A DNA stretch of 64,000 bases from Cyanophora paradoxa CCMP329 (lineage: Eukaryota; Plantae; Glaucophyta), in the NCBI GenBank assembly GCA_004431415.1, contig QPMI01000513.1:1-64000 (forward strand), read 5' to 3'. This document shows positions 63,883 through 64,000 of this stretch, in pieces (within the stretch, counting starts at the first letter, position 1; the number at the start of each line of letters is the position of its first letter). A model generated the notes under the pieces. It searched no databases. It worked only from the letters and a program-made list of their open reading frames with translations, and was not told the origin of the DNA. The position numbers and the translations under genes are program-made.

Positions 63883-64000
63883 ATAGCGGAGATCTAGAGC
63901 TTGAGGCGCTTGCAGTTTCGAGCGCAGGCCTTCTTGCATTCTAATTGCGTTCGACCTTAGGGGCTACCTACATATAGCTCCGACTGGCGACCGGCCGTCA

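Noticed and set aside
63404-63944. G/P/R/A-rich ORFs on both strands
   Set aside because: Artefacts of a near-pure GC low-complexity tract.

Overview
Eukaryotic (probably protist) genomic window dominated by two nested endogenous DNA viruses. (1) A GC-rich outer element runs from before base 1 to about 56,930. It carries an NCLDV-type double-jelly-roll major capsid protein, A32-like packaging ATPase, poxvirus-A22-like RuvC resolvase, VLTF3, a T7-gp2.5-like SSB, a penton, fibre proteins and two tandem HUH (rolling-circle Rep-like) endonucleases, with no polymerase or integrase in view. This gene set matches the small Nucleocytoviricota relatives called mriyaviruses (Yaravirus/Gamadviridae group). 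(2) An AT-richer, apparently complete 24,954-bp Polinton-like virus (29,472-54,425) has about 868-bp TIRs and a 6-bp CCAAGC target-site duplication. It encodes a pPolB-SF1 helicase-HNH fusion, rve integrase, Dam-like methylase, AdoMet decarboxylase, ATPase, MCP, two pentons, patatin and fibres. It is inserted into a heptamer repeat tract in one arm of an inverted-repeat/iteron region of the outer virus. The two viruses share an upstream WWTTTTCT motif and a homologous pair of fibre genes with different head domains, which suggests a virus-on-virus (provirophage-like) relationship. From about 57 kb the sequence is host DNA with GT-AG intron-containing protein kinase genes. Many frameshifts fall in homopolymer runs and may be long-read errors. 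All family assignments come from motifs read by eye; no database search was run.
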